Origin: Aplysia californica | Lineage: Eukaryota | DNA: 64,000 nucleotides | NCBI RefSeq assembly: GCF_000002075.1 | Contig: NW_004797643.1 | Span: 33,085 to 97,084 of the forward strand | Direction: 5' to 3' | Part shown: piece by piece, positions 24,530 through 37,400 of the stretch | Layout of the letters: every line of letters begins with the position of its first letter | How positions within the stretch are numbered: position 1 is the stretch's first letter | The notes under the pieces: generated by a model | Seen by the model: the letters and a program-made list of their open reading frames with translations, nothing else | Databases searched by the model: none | Told to the model about the DNA's origin: nothing | Position numbers and translations under genes: made by a program

Positions 24530-24772
24530 TGTCAGGAAGCGTTGAAGACAAAAAAGACAATTGTGTTGTTTGAGAAGAAAAAGTCGTAGGAAGATGGGTA
24601 GAATATGTAGGAGAATTATTTGAAGATAATAGACTACCCCTACCACAACCAAGCAACAACAACAATGGTCCCAACATTCATAAGTCAGAGGTAGAGATCG
24701 CAATTAGAATTAGAAACAGCCCAGAAGGAAAAGCCCTGGGTGAAGGTGAAGATGGCATAAACACAGAAATGC
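24530..24772 (+). mobile_element. RTE-clade LINE fragment (linker between endonuclease and reverse transcriptase)
   Basis: Translates to EKVVGRWVEYVGELFEDNR...GPNIHKSEVEIAIR...GKALGEGEDGINTEM. Confidence 0.75.
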
Positions 24773-25089
24773 CCATCCACCGTCGTTGATTTACGGGTGT
24801 GGTCAAGTTCCACATTACATAGACTCTACGCTCTAACAGAACAGTTTTCCGCCAAACACATGTGTGCTTTTGGTAAAACGAAGCTGGCGTTCAGCGGCAT
24901 TTGTTTTCAACGCTTTCTTTCCTTTAAAAAATGTATCCATTTTTGCTTAAAGACAAATTCGTCTCGCCTGTACTCCTATACTAGTACGTGCACAATAGAA
25001 TCTAAATAGAAGGCAGTGCTACTGACTGAATTGTTTTTAGGCCATTCCCGAAGGATGTTTTTTTTTCTTCTATGCATTTTTTTCTTCTT

Positions 25090-25400
25090 TTATGCACAGA
25101 AGAATTGTAAATTATTGGTTGATCAATGTCATGCTCACTCTGTGCCGGAATAACATATGGAGCAGGGGGGAACTGCTGCTTTTTCTTTCCTCATCCTTAC
25201 TAACGTCGTTTTTCCTCTACTTCTTTTGTATGTTTGTCGTTCTCTTGTGAACTGCTATTTCCGGTGTGCCTTGTAGTAGAAGCAGACTTTGCACTGTTGA
25301 GGCTAGAGAGGTGAGCAGTGTAAGCCTGATTCCCCGTTCTCTCTGTTGACATCTGCCCCTTGGCGCTCATATGTACATGTATGCAATTGTGAGCTCCGTA
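25090..25400 (+). mobile_element. Dispersed retroelement 3'-end fragment, family R
   Basis: Reverse-complement copies at 39825-40200, 43545-43810 and 56310-56360; ends in a ggcgctcatatg...cgtaaa stem-loop-like tail. Confidence 0.65.
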
Positions 25401-25964
25401 AATCTTATTAATACAGGGTTCCCACCATGGACAAGATCGGCCGATGTTTGTTTTCAGTTTCAGGCGATCGAGTCGGGCGATCGGCCCGATCCAGCCGTAG
25501 TGGGTACCCCGTTATAAAACAATCAAGAATCTAGATCTAGATCAATTTTGTTTCCCCCAAAAAAGAGCGCTCTAGGTTCCGGTGAGAGGGAGGTCATTCT
25601 AACGTTGTCAGCTCACAATTCTACGTCTGAAAGTTTGATAATGCCGCAAAATTTTTCAAAATTCCTCGGCCGAGCCACGGCTTTTCCATTTTTCCGCTGC
25701 AGTGCCCGCTGAAAACTACGATCTTGCCAGACCAGAGAAAAAGTCCTGTTAAATCAGAAATGCAAAGGAAGTAAGCATTTGTAGACTAATCCAGCTGTAT
25801 TTATTCATGGGTTGTTTCCCATGGCCTGCGCATGACACATAACTCATGGGTGTAGTTAGGCTTAGGGCTAGATCGAAGTCTGCAGCACGTCGCAGCCCTC
25901 TCTCGCTTTACCTGCTGTGTGTGCTTGCAGTGGTGTGGCTTGCATGGGCTTGCTCCCTCACTGC

Positions 25965-26002
<38 letters not shown>

Positions 26003-26232
26003 CCATATTTAACGAGCCTTTGTCCCTGCTATAACCGATTGAGCTCCGATGAGGCCTTTTTATTGCCGATAACTTTTAATAGAGACAAAGAGTAGGAAAA
26101 AACGTGGATTTAAAAAATCCCAGTTTCAGTTTTTACCGGGCCTGTTATATATATATGGTTTCCACTGTATTACATATGTAGTTACGTTCTCAGTGCATTC
26201 ATTCAATTTCAGTTGAACTGTACCTAATGATG

Positions 26233-26289
<57 letters not shown>

Positions 26290-27344
26290 CACTCCTTCTC
26301 TCACTCTCTCTCACCCTATCCTATACAATCTTTTCATTTTTATGTGTTTTGGGGAAACAAGAGATATTATATGATCAAATGCATTATATTATATGAAGCC
26401 AATTTTCATTATTTTAGCTAGAATTTCTTTTGACAAGTATGAGTACTTATTATTTGTTTTCCATTGTTACTGTATGGAGTCTCGAAGTTCTATACACAGT
26501 GTTGATCAGATCATCTGTAGATCTGGTTGCTAAAATATTGTAACTTTACGGTAACACTGCTGAACTCTTCAGTGGGTACCGCTGTCGTCAGATATTCTTG
26601 TTCTTAATTATAACCCCTGGGACTATCTTCTAAGAATAGAACATCCACCAGTTACATTGTGTTCAGAAAATGTTGTAATTTCTTCACGACTTTGTGTTCA
26701 TGTTCAGGTGCTTGTATATGACCATTTGTTTGAAGTGCTGTAAAATTGTTACGCAACTGGCATCTGTGGTGTAGCTGTTATTGTAACGTCATCACGTGTA
26801 GGAGACCCATGTTTAATTCTTGAGTGGGGAGAATTTTTGTAAATGTAATCTTTAGCACTTATATGGCCTTATTTTGTTAAAAGTGCCGTGTGACTTCTTT
26901 CTTAAAACGAAGAGTATCAAAACATGTGAATGATGTGACATTACTACGGGTACGTAACTGTTACAATAAATGTTTTGTAGAGGTACTGAAGTTGGAACAA
27001 GCATATTTTATTACTCAGGAGCTTCTGTTTGAAGTATTGAATACATGTTGGTTATATAATATATTAATAACGTGTGCTTATGTGATGTCAGCAAATGGCA
27101 AATTCTCTCGGCACCCACCTGTTCAAATACTGAAGAAAAATGATATGTGCAGATGTCCTCGAAAAGATGTTTAAAATAATGTTTGGAGGTACATAATGTA
27201 GTCACAAAACTTTAAATTTTTCTTAAGTGTTCGAAAAATCAAACTTGACAACTATCAAGGTTATGAAAAGTGATGATGTTTGCCCCTTTTGGGCCCTCTG
27301 TTACTGTTACCTCAGTTAATATCATGCTATACTACAGAATGGAT

Positions 27345-27515
27345 GGCCCTGGTTTGAATCCCAGACTGGGAGTTTTCGAGATCGGGTAGTTTTGTAAAGT
27401 TTTCATGGCTCTCAACCAATTCAACTCAGTCCTATCAGAGACGGATGTTAAATTCGGAGGTCCTGCCTCTTAAATAACCTACTATTAGTCTATGTTGAAA
27501 GGGACGTTAAACCCA
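27345..27515 (+). mobile_element. tRNA-derived SINE with a V/Meta-like segment
   Basis: GGTTTGAATCCC B box; gacggatgttaaattcggaggtcctg; gggacgttaaaccc tail. Confidence 0.55.
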
Positions 27516-28968
27516 TACACTTTTGATTAAAATTAAAAGGTATGTTTTTGTGCTTCAGTGTGAAGTCTGTTACTTTTGTCCTGTCATGTAGTATGGAGTA
27601 ACACTGTATGAAGCCTACTTGCATTGTCTTTTTCTACTTTTTATTGATGTTTATTCTCTCCCAATATTTAATGGTTAGAGACTTTAGTTTCCAAATGCAC
27701 TGGTTTGTTTTCTTGCATTCATTAGCTTTTTGTTCTTTGTCCGAAATGTACCTCATGTACTGGCAGCATTTACAGGACCACGTTTTTGACCCACCATAGT
27801 ATGTTGCTGACAAAATAAAGTTTAATTTTGATACTACATGAATGCGTGTGTGTGTTTTTATTTGACCTCCATGTATGTATACTTGTAGCGCATCAAATGT
27901 TGATTCAAAAATTGGGCCTAGAAATTTTTTTGAAGCATAGATCTTACTCTAGTTGATCTAGTGGTTTGCTCATTTCTCCTATCAAACATCTATTGTACTT
28001 ATCTCTCAACCTTCTTTTACCATGTATAATGTTTGTTGCCGTCTTAAAATCTTGCAACACCTCAAATCTTCGGCACTCAATCTTATATAATTTAATTGTG
28101 TTGGAAATACCGTAAAACTTTTACTTTAACGAAACAAGTGTTTACACTTAGTATCAGAACAAGAAATTTGCAGCCCTGATCAGAGAAATGCTTTGCACAA
28201 TGACTCAGTGTCATTGTGCTGTGCTTCGTCCATGGGTGTTTGGCAGGTGCTTTAGTTTTAGTATGGTTTGTTCCTTCTTTCCTATGAAACATCTATCGTC
28301 CTTATAAAATCTCTCCTCCTTTTCTTTGTATACTTCTCTCAAGTGTCTAGTATGGTAACACCTGTAATAAAATGATGTTGATGTAGCTAGCTGTGGGGAT
28401 AAGGGAAGTGATGATGAGATGATGGAAGCAAAGATGATGTTGATGGTGTGGATCGTGGATTTCCTCTGATGATGCAAGCGCTCAGGTTTGAAGAGGGTTC
28501 CGAGTTTGTCACTCCCTAGTAATACCTCTAAACTCCGGCACTTATATGACTTTATTGTGTTGAAGTGCCATAAAACTTACTAAAACAGTAGGACTAGTGC
28601 TAGTAGGAGAATGTCTGAAGGGTCCATCTTTCGTCTGTTTTACTCATAGTCATAGACTTACAGTTTAAGAGAAATATCTGCTGACTGCTGTCTGATGTAC
28701 TTTTGGTGCTTTATGTAGTAGGCTACCCCATTTGAGTCAAATGAAGGATAAAGTGGAAAGGTGCTGTGCACTTTCGGCTTTTACTAGACTGGTGTTTTGT
28801 CTTTCATTTAGGTGTAATAATAGCATGGTCCGTGGTGAGCATGCTTGGCTTCGAAGTTTTCCTGGAGAGCAAAGAGTGGCAGCCATGACAGTGAAAAGTG
28901 TAGGGTTACAAATCTTGTGGTGTTTATACAGTTCTGTTTTCTTTTTTTTGTTTTTTGCTTTGTTAGTG

Positions 28969-29135
28969 GCGTCTGTGGTACCATGCAATGGTCAGGTGCT
29001 TTGCTGTCGCAGGCTGGAGACTCAATTTGTGATTCCCGATTGGGGACAAAATTTGTATTGAGTATCTCGGTCTTTCTGCTGAGGTGTTGTATCCCTCTCA
29101 GCGCGAGTTGGCCCTGACAGTCAGAGTCAGAAGAT
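28969..29135 (+). mobile_element. tRNA-derived SINE, family S1
   Basis: gcgtctgtggt head and the shared S1 body. Confidence 0.7.
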
Positions 29136-29397
29136 TCAGTCTGTGTTGCTTTTTCCCTACCCAAAATGACCACGGCACAATCATCGTGTCTATGTGCTGC
29201 CCTTTTCCCACAATTACAGCCAACAAACTAAATTCTCTTTCACTCAACAGAATCCATCACGCCATGAGAAAACCAGTGTTCCTAGTGGATAAACCTTAGT
29301 CCTGCACCAACTTGACCACCTCTGCACCCCCCTCACATATTAGATCCCCACCAGCCACCAGCGTTGATGGTGAGAACGAGCGAGTGACATCACCAAC

Positions 29398-29620
29398 ATG
29401 CCTTTGGACACGTTTATCTGTGGCCAGTGCCAGGATTCCTTCACCGACCTCAATGAGTTCGTGCTGCACAAACAGGGCAACTGTCCTGCCACAGCCCCGG
29501 CCACCCCCGCCCCTCCCTCCTCCTCCTCCCCGGCCCTCCCACAGGGCACCGAGGTCATCCGGCTACACATGAACGAGTCAGGGGAGATCACTGGCATGTC
29601 CTCTTTGCCAGTTGGAGAAG
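29398..29620 (+). CDS. ZFAT: ZFAT-like coding exon 1 (acceptor at 29343/29344; in-frame stops precede the ATG)
   Basis: MPLDTFICGQCQDSF..FVLHKQGNC; donor AAG|gtatgt, phase 1. Confidence 0.8.
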
Positions 29621-31402
29621 GTATGTTGTAGTATACTCTTCATTACATTACACTGTGGCATCAAAAAGAAACTTTAAAATTAAAATGTATTCTCCCAATC
29701 TTTATATTAAATACTTGCACTACTCTCTCATGCAGCATACCAATTTAAAGCTAAATAAATTCTACATTGCCTGACACATTAATATTTCAACTTTAACTAC
29801 GATAAGAGTTGCCCGAGATAATCAAAATTAACCTTAAAAAATCAGAGTGCAAAATAGTGCGAAATCAAAGAGACGATTAAAGTGTGTCCGCGGGTGTATT
29901 AAGGTACACCAGTATTGATAGAATGGACGTACATTGCTTATCATATAAATGGAGAATTTTGTCTCTGCAGTAAACAATATTATATTACGATAGTTTGAAA
30001 CAAATTGGAAAACAGATCATCACAAATACCAGTTAAAAAGTGTGAACCACCGTGTTGCGACAGTTATCAGGTTTGGATGGAAGGTTAGATTTCTTTTCCT
30101 GAGCTTGACCAAGGCTTCCTCATGCCTTTCCTTGCTGTACAGATGAGTCGATGACCAATGGATCAACCTTCACCTTCCTCAATGACGTGAACATGGAGGG
30201 AGATTTTGGAAACACGAATCTAGATGGGAATGGTGCAGGAACTGACAACTCCGCACAGACGCTGATCATCTTGAACAACTCGGAGACTGACGGACTCGGC
30301 GGGCTGGACAGTTCTGGAATGAACCTGTTAACCCCTAGCCAGAGCATGGACGGCCTGACTTCGCAGCCAGAAGGTCCTCTTGGAGGTCAAGAGGTCAAGG
30401 GTGACACACCGGAGGTCATGCCGACCTTGACAGAGCCATTAGCGCCGCCAGAGATGGGGGAGGAGAAAGTTGGAGGATTTCCTCCCAAAAGTAAGCTTTG
30501 TTCTGTGGTCATGAGATTGGACAATGTGGGGAGTATATTGCTGGAATCCCGTGTGATTTAAGTTCTGATGTTTCTTGTGGTGTGAAATGTTTCCCTCTCA
30601 GCCCAAGTTAGCTTTGACAGGCAAGGTGGAGGCAATCTGCCTTCTAAATGAGCTACATTGTGTTGATGGAGACCTAAAACACCAATGATTGCTCTTTTGT
30701 TCTGTTTTTAGTCTGGCATTCATGTCTGTTTTATTCGTTTGTTTTTGTTTTTTCCTTTTTATCTGTTTTTGTCTGGCATTTTTGTCTGTCTCATACTTAA
30801 TGCTTTAGTTTTTATTCTTTCTTGTGTTGTCTACACTTAGTTTGGCTTTCCTGTCTGTCTTGCTTCATACTTTGTATTTNNNNNNNNNNNNNNNNNNNNN
30901 NNNNNNNNNNNNNNNNNNNNNNNNNNNNNNNNNNNNNNNNNNNNNNNNNNNNNNNNNNNNNNNNNNNNNNNNNNNNNNNNNNNNNNNNNNNNNNNNNNNN
31001 NNNNNNNNNNNNNNNNNNNNNNNNNNNNNNNNNNNNNNNNNNNNNNNNNNNNNNNNNNNNNNNNNNNNNNNNNNNNNNNNNNNNNNNNNNGAAGTATTTT
31101 CAGAGCATCAAAACAAAACCAGCAACAAAATATTTAGTTTGGGGTTGTTTTCTTTTGTGTGTCTGGACCGTGACTGTTTTTAGAGCTATTTCATTTGTCG
31201 AGTGTCTCTTCCCTGACTATTTCCCTGTTTGTTTGTTTTTTCTGAAATGAGAAATTCATTGAAATGCCCCATTTTTTTCTTTGGCAGGTGTTTTTGATAA
31301 TTTTCTAGCTGTTTTTTTTTTTTTAGTGTGTTTCTGAAATGAGAATCATTTGAAATGATTGTTTTTGTTTGTTTTGATTTTCTGAGATTAGAAACCCATT
31401 GA

Positions 31403-31437
<35 letters not shown>

Positions 31438-34400
31438 AGATCATTTCTATAGCGCCCACTCCCGTGTAAACACAGCTCTAGGCGCTTTACTTAAATGCGT
31501 GTACGAACNNNNNNNNNNNNNNNNNNNNNNNNNNNNNNNNNNNNNNNNNNNNNNNNNNNNNNNNNNNNNNNNNNNNNNNNNNNNNNNNNNNNNNNNNNNN
31601 NNNNNNNNNNNNNNNNNNNNNNNNNNNNNNNNNNNNNNNNNNNNNNNNNNNNNNNNNCACGCGCACGCTTACACATTGTCACGAAATTAGCATAAATATA
31701 CACAATGCAATTCACATAATACATAAATGGATACATAGTCATTTACATAACATTGTACTGGACATGAATCTACAGACATAAAAATGATGTCATTAAATGT
31801 GCCTTTAAAGATTAAAAAAATTTAGACTCAGATGTTGTATGTCTCAAGGGTTGGGGAAGAGAGTTCCATACTGATGGAAATGACTTACTTTTTATCTTAT
31901 ATCATGAAACACATTGTCTTTTCAACAGAGCGAAGGGGGCGCTCAAAGACGGGAGAAGGCAAAGTGAAGGTCATTGAAGCTGTTCCCCCATCTACGCCAA
32001 AACCAACGGTGCCTGAAACCAGTAAGACTATGACTTCTCTCACAGAGGGTAGCTCATTGGCTCTATCTGTTGTTTTCTCTGGCTACCTGCCTGGTTTTTT
32101 TCTTCTCTGTGTGTCTGTCTTTTTGTCTGTTTGCTTTTCCTGTCGGTCTGTTTTCCCTGTCTGTCTGTCAGTTTTCCTGCCTGTCTGTTTTCCCCATTTG
32201 TCTGTTTTCCCAGTCGTCTGTCTGTTCCCCCACATTTTTATTTTTTGAACATCCTAATCAAACTAGCTCTCACTGGCAAAATTAAAGGCAAATGAGGAAG
32301 GGGTAGGCCCAGAGTAACCTATTAAGGGAACCTAAGCAAATTGGTAACGGGGAAAGATCAGGGTAATATAACTTTTTAAAGAGCATCCGAGCAAAGAAAT
32401 GAATGGAAAACCATGACCACTGATGTCTGCCGCAGATCTGGCACTGGATGATGAATCAAACATTTACACCACATATTCCCACACAAGGGAGCGGGGTTCT
32501 TGTGGAGTAAGGAGTGCAGGGGCTGATCAGGGTCCAAGACTGTAGTAAAGAGAGGCTAGTCACTTAAAAGAAGCAGTCTTTGCCATTTTTACAAGCTTTG
32601 ATATAAAATTAGATGTTGTCACATTGCAGTTGTTTTTTTCCCCAAGTACAACAGTGATCAATCAAACTTTTAGGACAAATTTTGCTTGCTTTTGATTACA
32701 AGACTTAGAAGCTTTTATTTCTAATTTGGTAACTGGCCCGGCAAAAGACGGTTTGTTTTGTCTCTGAAACTCTGATGGCCACCATCTGTGGTGTAGCATT
32801 TAGGGGCTATAGGTTTCATTTGATTTCCAGGTGAGGACAATTTTTATAGGGTGCCTCGGCCTTTTCTGTTGGGTTGTTGTAGTATCCCTCCCAGTTCGTG
32901 TTGGCCCTGACGGGCAGAATCGGAAGCCTGCCTCCTAAATGATCTAAACTGTGTTGATGGGGGTGCAGAAACATTTCTATTTAAAAATCAAAAGCACATT
33001 TTTATGCATGTTTCTTCTCCTCGTCAGACGCGGACGGCAAACTGGTGTGTCCCCAGTGTAAGAGAACGTTTGCCAAGGAGCGACATTTCAACACCCACAA
33101 GTGCCTGGCCACCTCTTCCTACGTCGACATCACCAAGAAGGAGATTGTGAAAATTGATTCGGGTAACTCTCGCATCTATCTGCTTTTTTTTCTTGTTTTG
33201 CGAAAAACTCTTCAAGTGTCGACGGCAAATTGAATCGGATATGAGTTTCGTTCTGTATTGTCATGGCCAATTTAATCAGGTGTAATTTGAGTGGCTATTT
33301 CAGTGTTTTTTGCAAGGTGTATATTGTTACATTTTGTTTCTAGGGAAATGTATATGGAGTAAAATTTTGTTGCCATTAAGATGTAAAGTGTGTTGTTTGT
33401 CTATGAGTGTGTCAGTGTTGTTTGTCTGTGAGTTTGTCACTGTGTTGTGTGTCTGTCAGTGTGTCAGTGTGTTGTTTGTCTATGAGTTTGTCTGTGTGTT
33501 GTTTGTCAATGAGCGTGTGTGTCACTGTGTTGTTTGTCTATGAATGTTTCCCATTCTTGTTTATCTATGAGTGTATTACCATGTTGTTTGTCTATGAGTG
33601 TGTCACTGTGTTGCGTGTGTATGTACAGGTGATGAAGAAGAGGGTCACGAAGACTTGGACGCTGGGGCACATGTTGATGAGGAGGAAGAGTTCACTGCCC
33701 CTGTTGATGAAAAGATGAGTGCTGAGAAAGAAGAGGAAGACGATGAGAAGGAAATGGACAAAGAGGATGTGGAGGAGGAGAGCGCAGACAAAAGGAAGAA
33801 GAAAAGAGGCAGGAAGAGGAAGCGAGGCGGAGAGGATGTGGAGGTGGGTACAACATTGTATTGCAGGGTCAAGTGTTGATTTTTTATAATAGATTCTCGT
33901 CTTTCACCTCCTTGCTGTTTGGAGGTTGGCGGAGGTTGGGNNNNNNNNNNNNNNNNNNNNNNNNNNNNNNNNNNNNNNNNNNNNNNNNNNNNNNNNNNNN
34001 NNNNNNNNNNNNNNNNNNNNNNNNNNNNNNNNNNNNNNNNGTGGGGTAAGACAAGGTTGGGTAGTAGCTAGGGAGGGGGGGGAGGAGGGAGGTGAGCAGG
34101 AGAGGAAGAAGGGTCATTATGAATTTTTGTATTGTAATGCAGGGAAGTCGAACATTTTTTTTAGGTTGGATTTTTGTCGGAAAACTTTTGTTCCCAGCGG
34201 CAGTGGTCGGATCAACGTTTGCAATAAAAGGAAATTTGAGGAAATCTGTAAGTTGCCTCGGGAAAGACCCGGGAAAATACATAAAAGTTCTTGAATACTT
34301 GAAAGCCAAATCCGATGTCCTTAGGTTCATTTTGTAGGTTGTGAACATTCAGCTTTTCCCGGTCTGAGAGTACGTTTCATGCGAACAGGCGGCTATGGAG

Positions 34401-37400
34401 ACTATGGCGGCAAGCGGAAGTGTATGAGTGATACCAAGGCTCGATTGGGAAAATCTAGATATGTTTTCGCTTTCACTACCACCCTGGGGGGGGGAGTTAA
34501 AGGCAACACAAGGGGATAAAATCTGAACTTGGTAGCAAATTTTAGCATTATCATTTAGAATTTTGATTGCAACGAGAGCTTTCTGCATAGCACATGTTGG
34601 TGCAAGCCTTGTGTGGAATCGAGATCCGTCATACCTTGTAAGCCTTGTTATTAAACTAAAGGGTTGGCATGTCATTGGATGGTGATGGTCGAGGTGAGCT
34701 AGTAAGCTCAATGATATTTATATAGAGAGAGTAGAGAGTTATAATAATTATATACTAAGTTGGTTGGTAAAAGTGACGGCATCTAGATTCTTGATCTATG
34801 ACCTTGAAAAAACTCAGCAAGATAGTCTTTGAAGAGGAGAAGATTGACAGCACTTGGATTACTGAAACCCAGGCTAGAGTCGGACTTATTTTTCTTGTGA
34901 TTTTTGTGACTATATGTGTAGACTATATTTAGATAGAGAGATCTAGACTAGATCCAGTACCATGGGAAAGTACTACTTCATCAACACCGAGTGATTGTCC
35001 AAACCCTAAATATTCAGAATGATTGATGGAGTATCAAAATGATAAAAGCAAGTTTAGATGTTAGTTTTGTTCCCAAGTGTATGTCATCGGTCATTCAGGT
35101 GTAAAGGATTTGAACTTTCACATGGTACCTCAAAAACACATGAAAACCCTAACCAGCCAGTGTGGTGCCAAATCTATTCTTAAGGTTACCAAGAACAGAA
35201 CAAGTGTTGTGAGAGATACTGAAAGGAAGGAGCACCAACAGTAATATAATAGTAATCTACTAGAGCAGTTGTTGACATGAGTTTTCTCATTTATGAGATG
35301 TTTTCAGACTCTAAAATAGCAGCGTTTTCAGTGTAATCTCACAAAACTTGGCTACCTTGGAACATTGAGATTGCAGCGGTGATCAAGTCCGCTATCCTAA
35401 GATGTGAACCAAATAACCCCTTCTACGTGATTCTCTTTGACGAGAGCCTTAACATTGACAATGGTGAGAAACAACTTGACCTATAGTGGTAGGATTTTTT
35501 GTGTGGTTTGGTTGGATTTTTAGGACGAATATTTCCCTGGCCACCCTGAAGTGTGTGGTCTGTATCTGTGTATCCTTTTTATACATGGTAGTGATATTTT
35601 TTGTTTTGTTTTCAGAATGGCACTTTATATTTATGCGGAAGCGTCCTTGAATTTGTTAAGTGCAAACATTATGGTGGACATGATTTTCTCGCCGGTTGCC
35701 TTTGTTATATTAAGTTTATGTTTTACTGCACTCGCAACACAAATAGGTAAAAGAAATGCAGAAGATTAGGGGTGTTACTAGAGAGTAACATACAAATTAA
35801 AGAAGGAGGAGAAATAACGACAATAATTGTTTGATTTTAAAAAATTAGCAAACTGCACCTCACGCACCCACCAACCACCCGTGATTTGGGTGTAAACCAA
35901 TGCTTTATCTTACGTATTTCTGTGATATCTGCGACAGTTTGACATGAGCGTCCAGGAGTCGGGGGCGCAACAGATGAAGGCAGCGGCGGACTCGCTGGAG
36001 AACTTGCCGATCTTCAAGAATGACGAGGAGAGAGAAGCTTTTGAGGCCTGTGTGGACGTAGATTTATCCTCTCAGGTAACGGATTACTCAACATTTGTTT
36101 TAAACTACGATAAGAAAAATGTGTATTTGTCAAGATTTGGTGTTTCATCACACTCACTCAAACATGCATACGCCCATACATGTGCTCACACTGGTACACA
36201 CACATTCTTTCTTCCACATATGTCTGGACACATAATGACATGCTTGCACTCACTGACAAACCCGCAGTCACACGCATTATATATGTTGTCAACTAATCAA
36301 CCAATGAAGGAAAGGGGGGAAGAGTGTTTAGGAGACTGTTACATGGAATAGATTTATTATCTACTTATGTTGTCAACTTATAAGGCTTTGGGGGGNNNNN
36401 NNNNNNNNNNNNNNNNNNNNNNNNNNNNNNNNNNNNNNNNNNNNNNNNNNNNNNNNNNNNNNNNNNNNNNNNNNNNNNNNNNNNNNNNNNNNNNNNNNNN
36501 NNNNNNNNNNNNNNNNNNNNNNNNNNNNNNNNNNNNNNNNNNNNNNNNNNNNNNNNNNNNNNNNNNNNNNNNNNNNNNNNNNNNNNNNNNNNNNNNNNNN
36601 NNNNNNNNNNNNNNNNNNNNNNNNNNNNNNNNNNNNNNNNNNNNNNNNNNNNNNNNNNNNNNNNNNNNNNNNNNNNNNNNNNNNNNNNNNNNNNNNNNNN
36701 NNNNNNNNNNNNNNNNNNNNNNNNNNNNNNNNNNNNNNNNNNNNNNNNNNNNNNNNNNNNNNNNNNNNNNNNNNNNNNNNNNNNNNNNNNNNNNNNNNNN
36801 NNNNNNNNNNNNNNNNNNNNNNNNNNNNNNNNNNNNNNNNNNNNNNNNNNNNNNNNNNNNNNNNNNNNNNNNNNNNNNNNNNNNNNNNNNNNNNNNNNNN
36901 NNNNNNNNNNNNNNNNNNNNNNNNNNNNNNNNNNNNNNNNNNNNNNNNNNNNNNNNNNNNNNNNNNNNNNNNNNNNNNNNNNNNNNNNNNNNNNNNNNNN
37001 NNNNNNNNNNNNNNNNNNNNNNNNNNNNNNNNNNNNNNNNNNNNNNNNNNNNNNNNNNNNNNNNNNNNNNNNNNNNNNNNNNNNNNNNNNNNNNNNNNNN
37101 NNNNNNNNNNNNNNNNNNNNNNNNNNNNNNNNNNNNNNNNNNNNNNNNNNNNNNNNNNNNNNNNNNNNNNNNNNNNNNNNNNNNNNNNNNNNNNNNNNNN
37201 NNNNNNNNNNNNNNNNNNNNNNNNNNNNNNNNNNNNNNNNNNNNNNNNNNNNNNNNNNNNNNNNNNNNNNNNNNNNNNNNNNNNNNNNNNNCCCCTCCCA
37301 AAAAAAACAACAACAAAAAACCCCAACAACCCCAAATCTGTTGCAGTTACACCTCTTTCTTTAAATCTAATCCCTGCCTCGTGACTTTGGTCATTTCCCA

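Larger units (their letters stand above)
24132..26167. mobile_element. Pogo-type non-autonomous element containing nested fragments
   Basis: CAGTGGAAACCTGATATAACAGG at 24132 pairs with CCTGTTATA...GGTTTCCACTG|TA ending at 26167. Confidence 0.55.
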
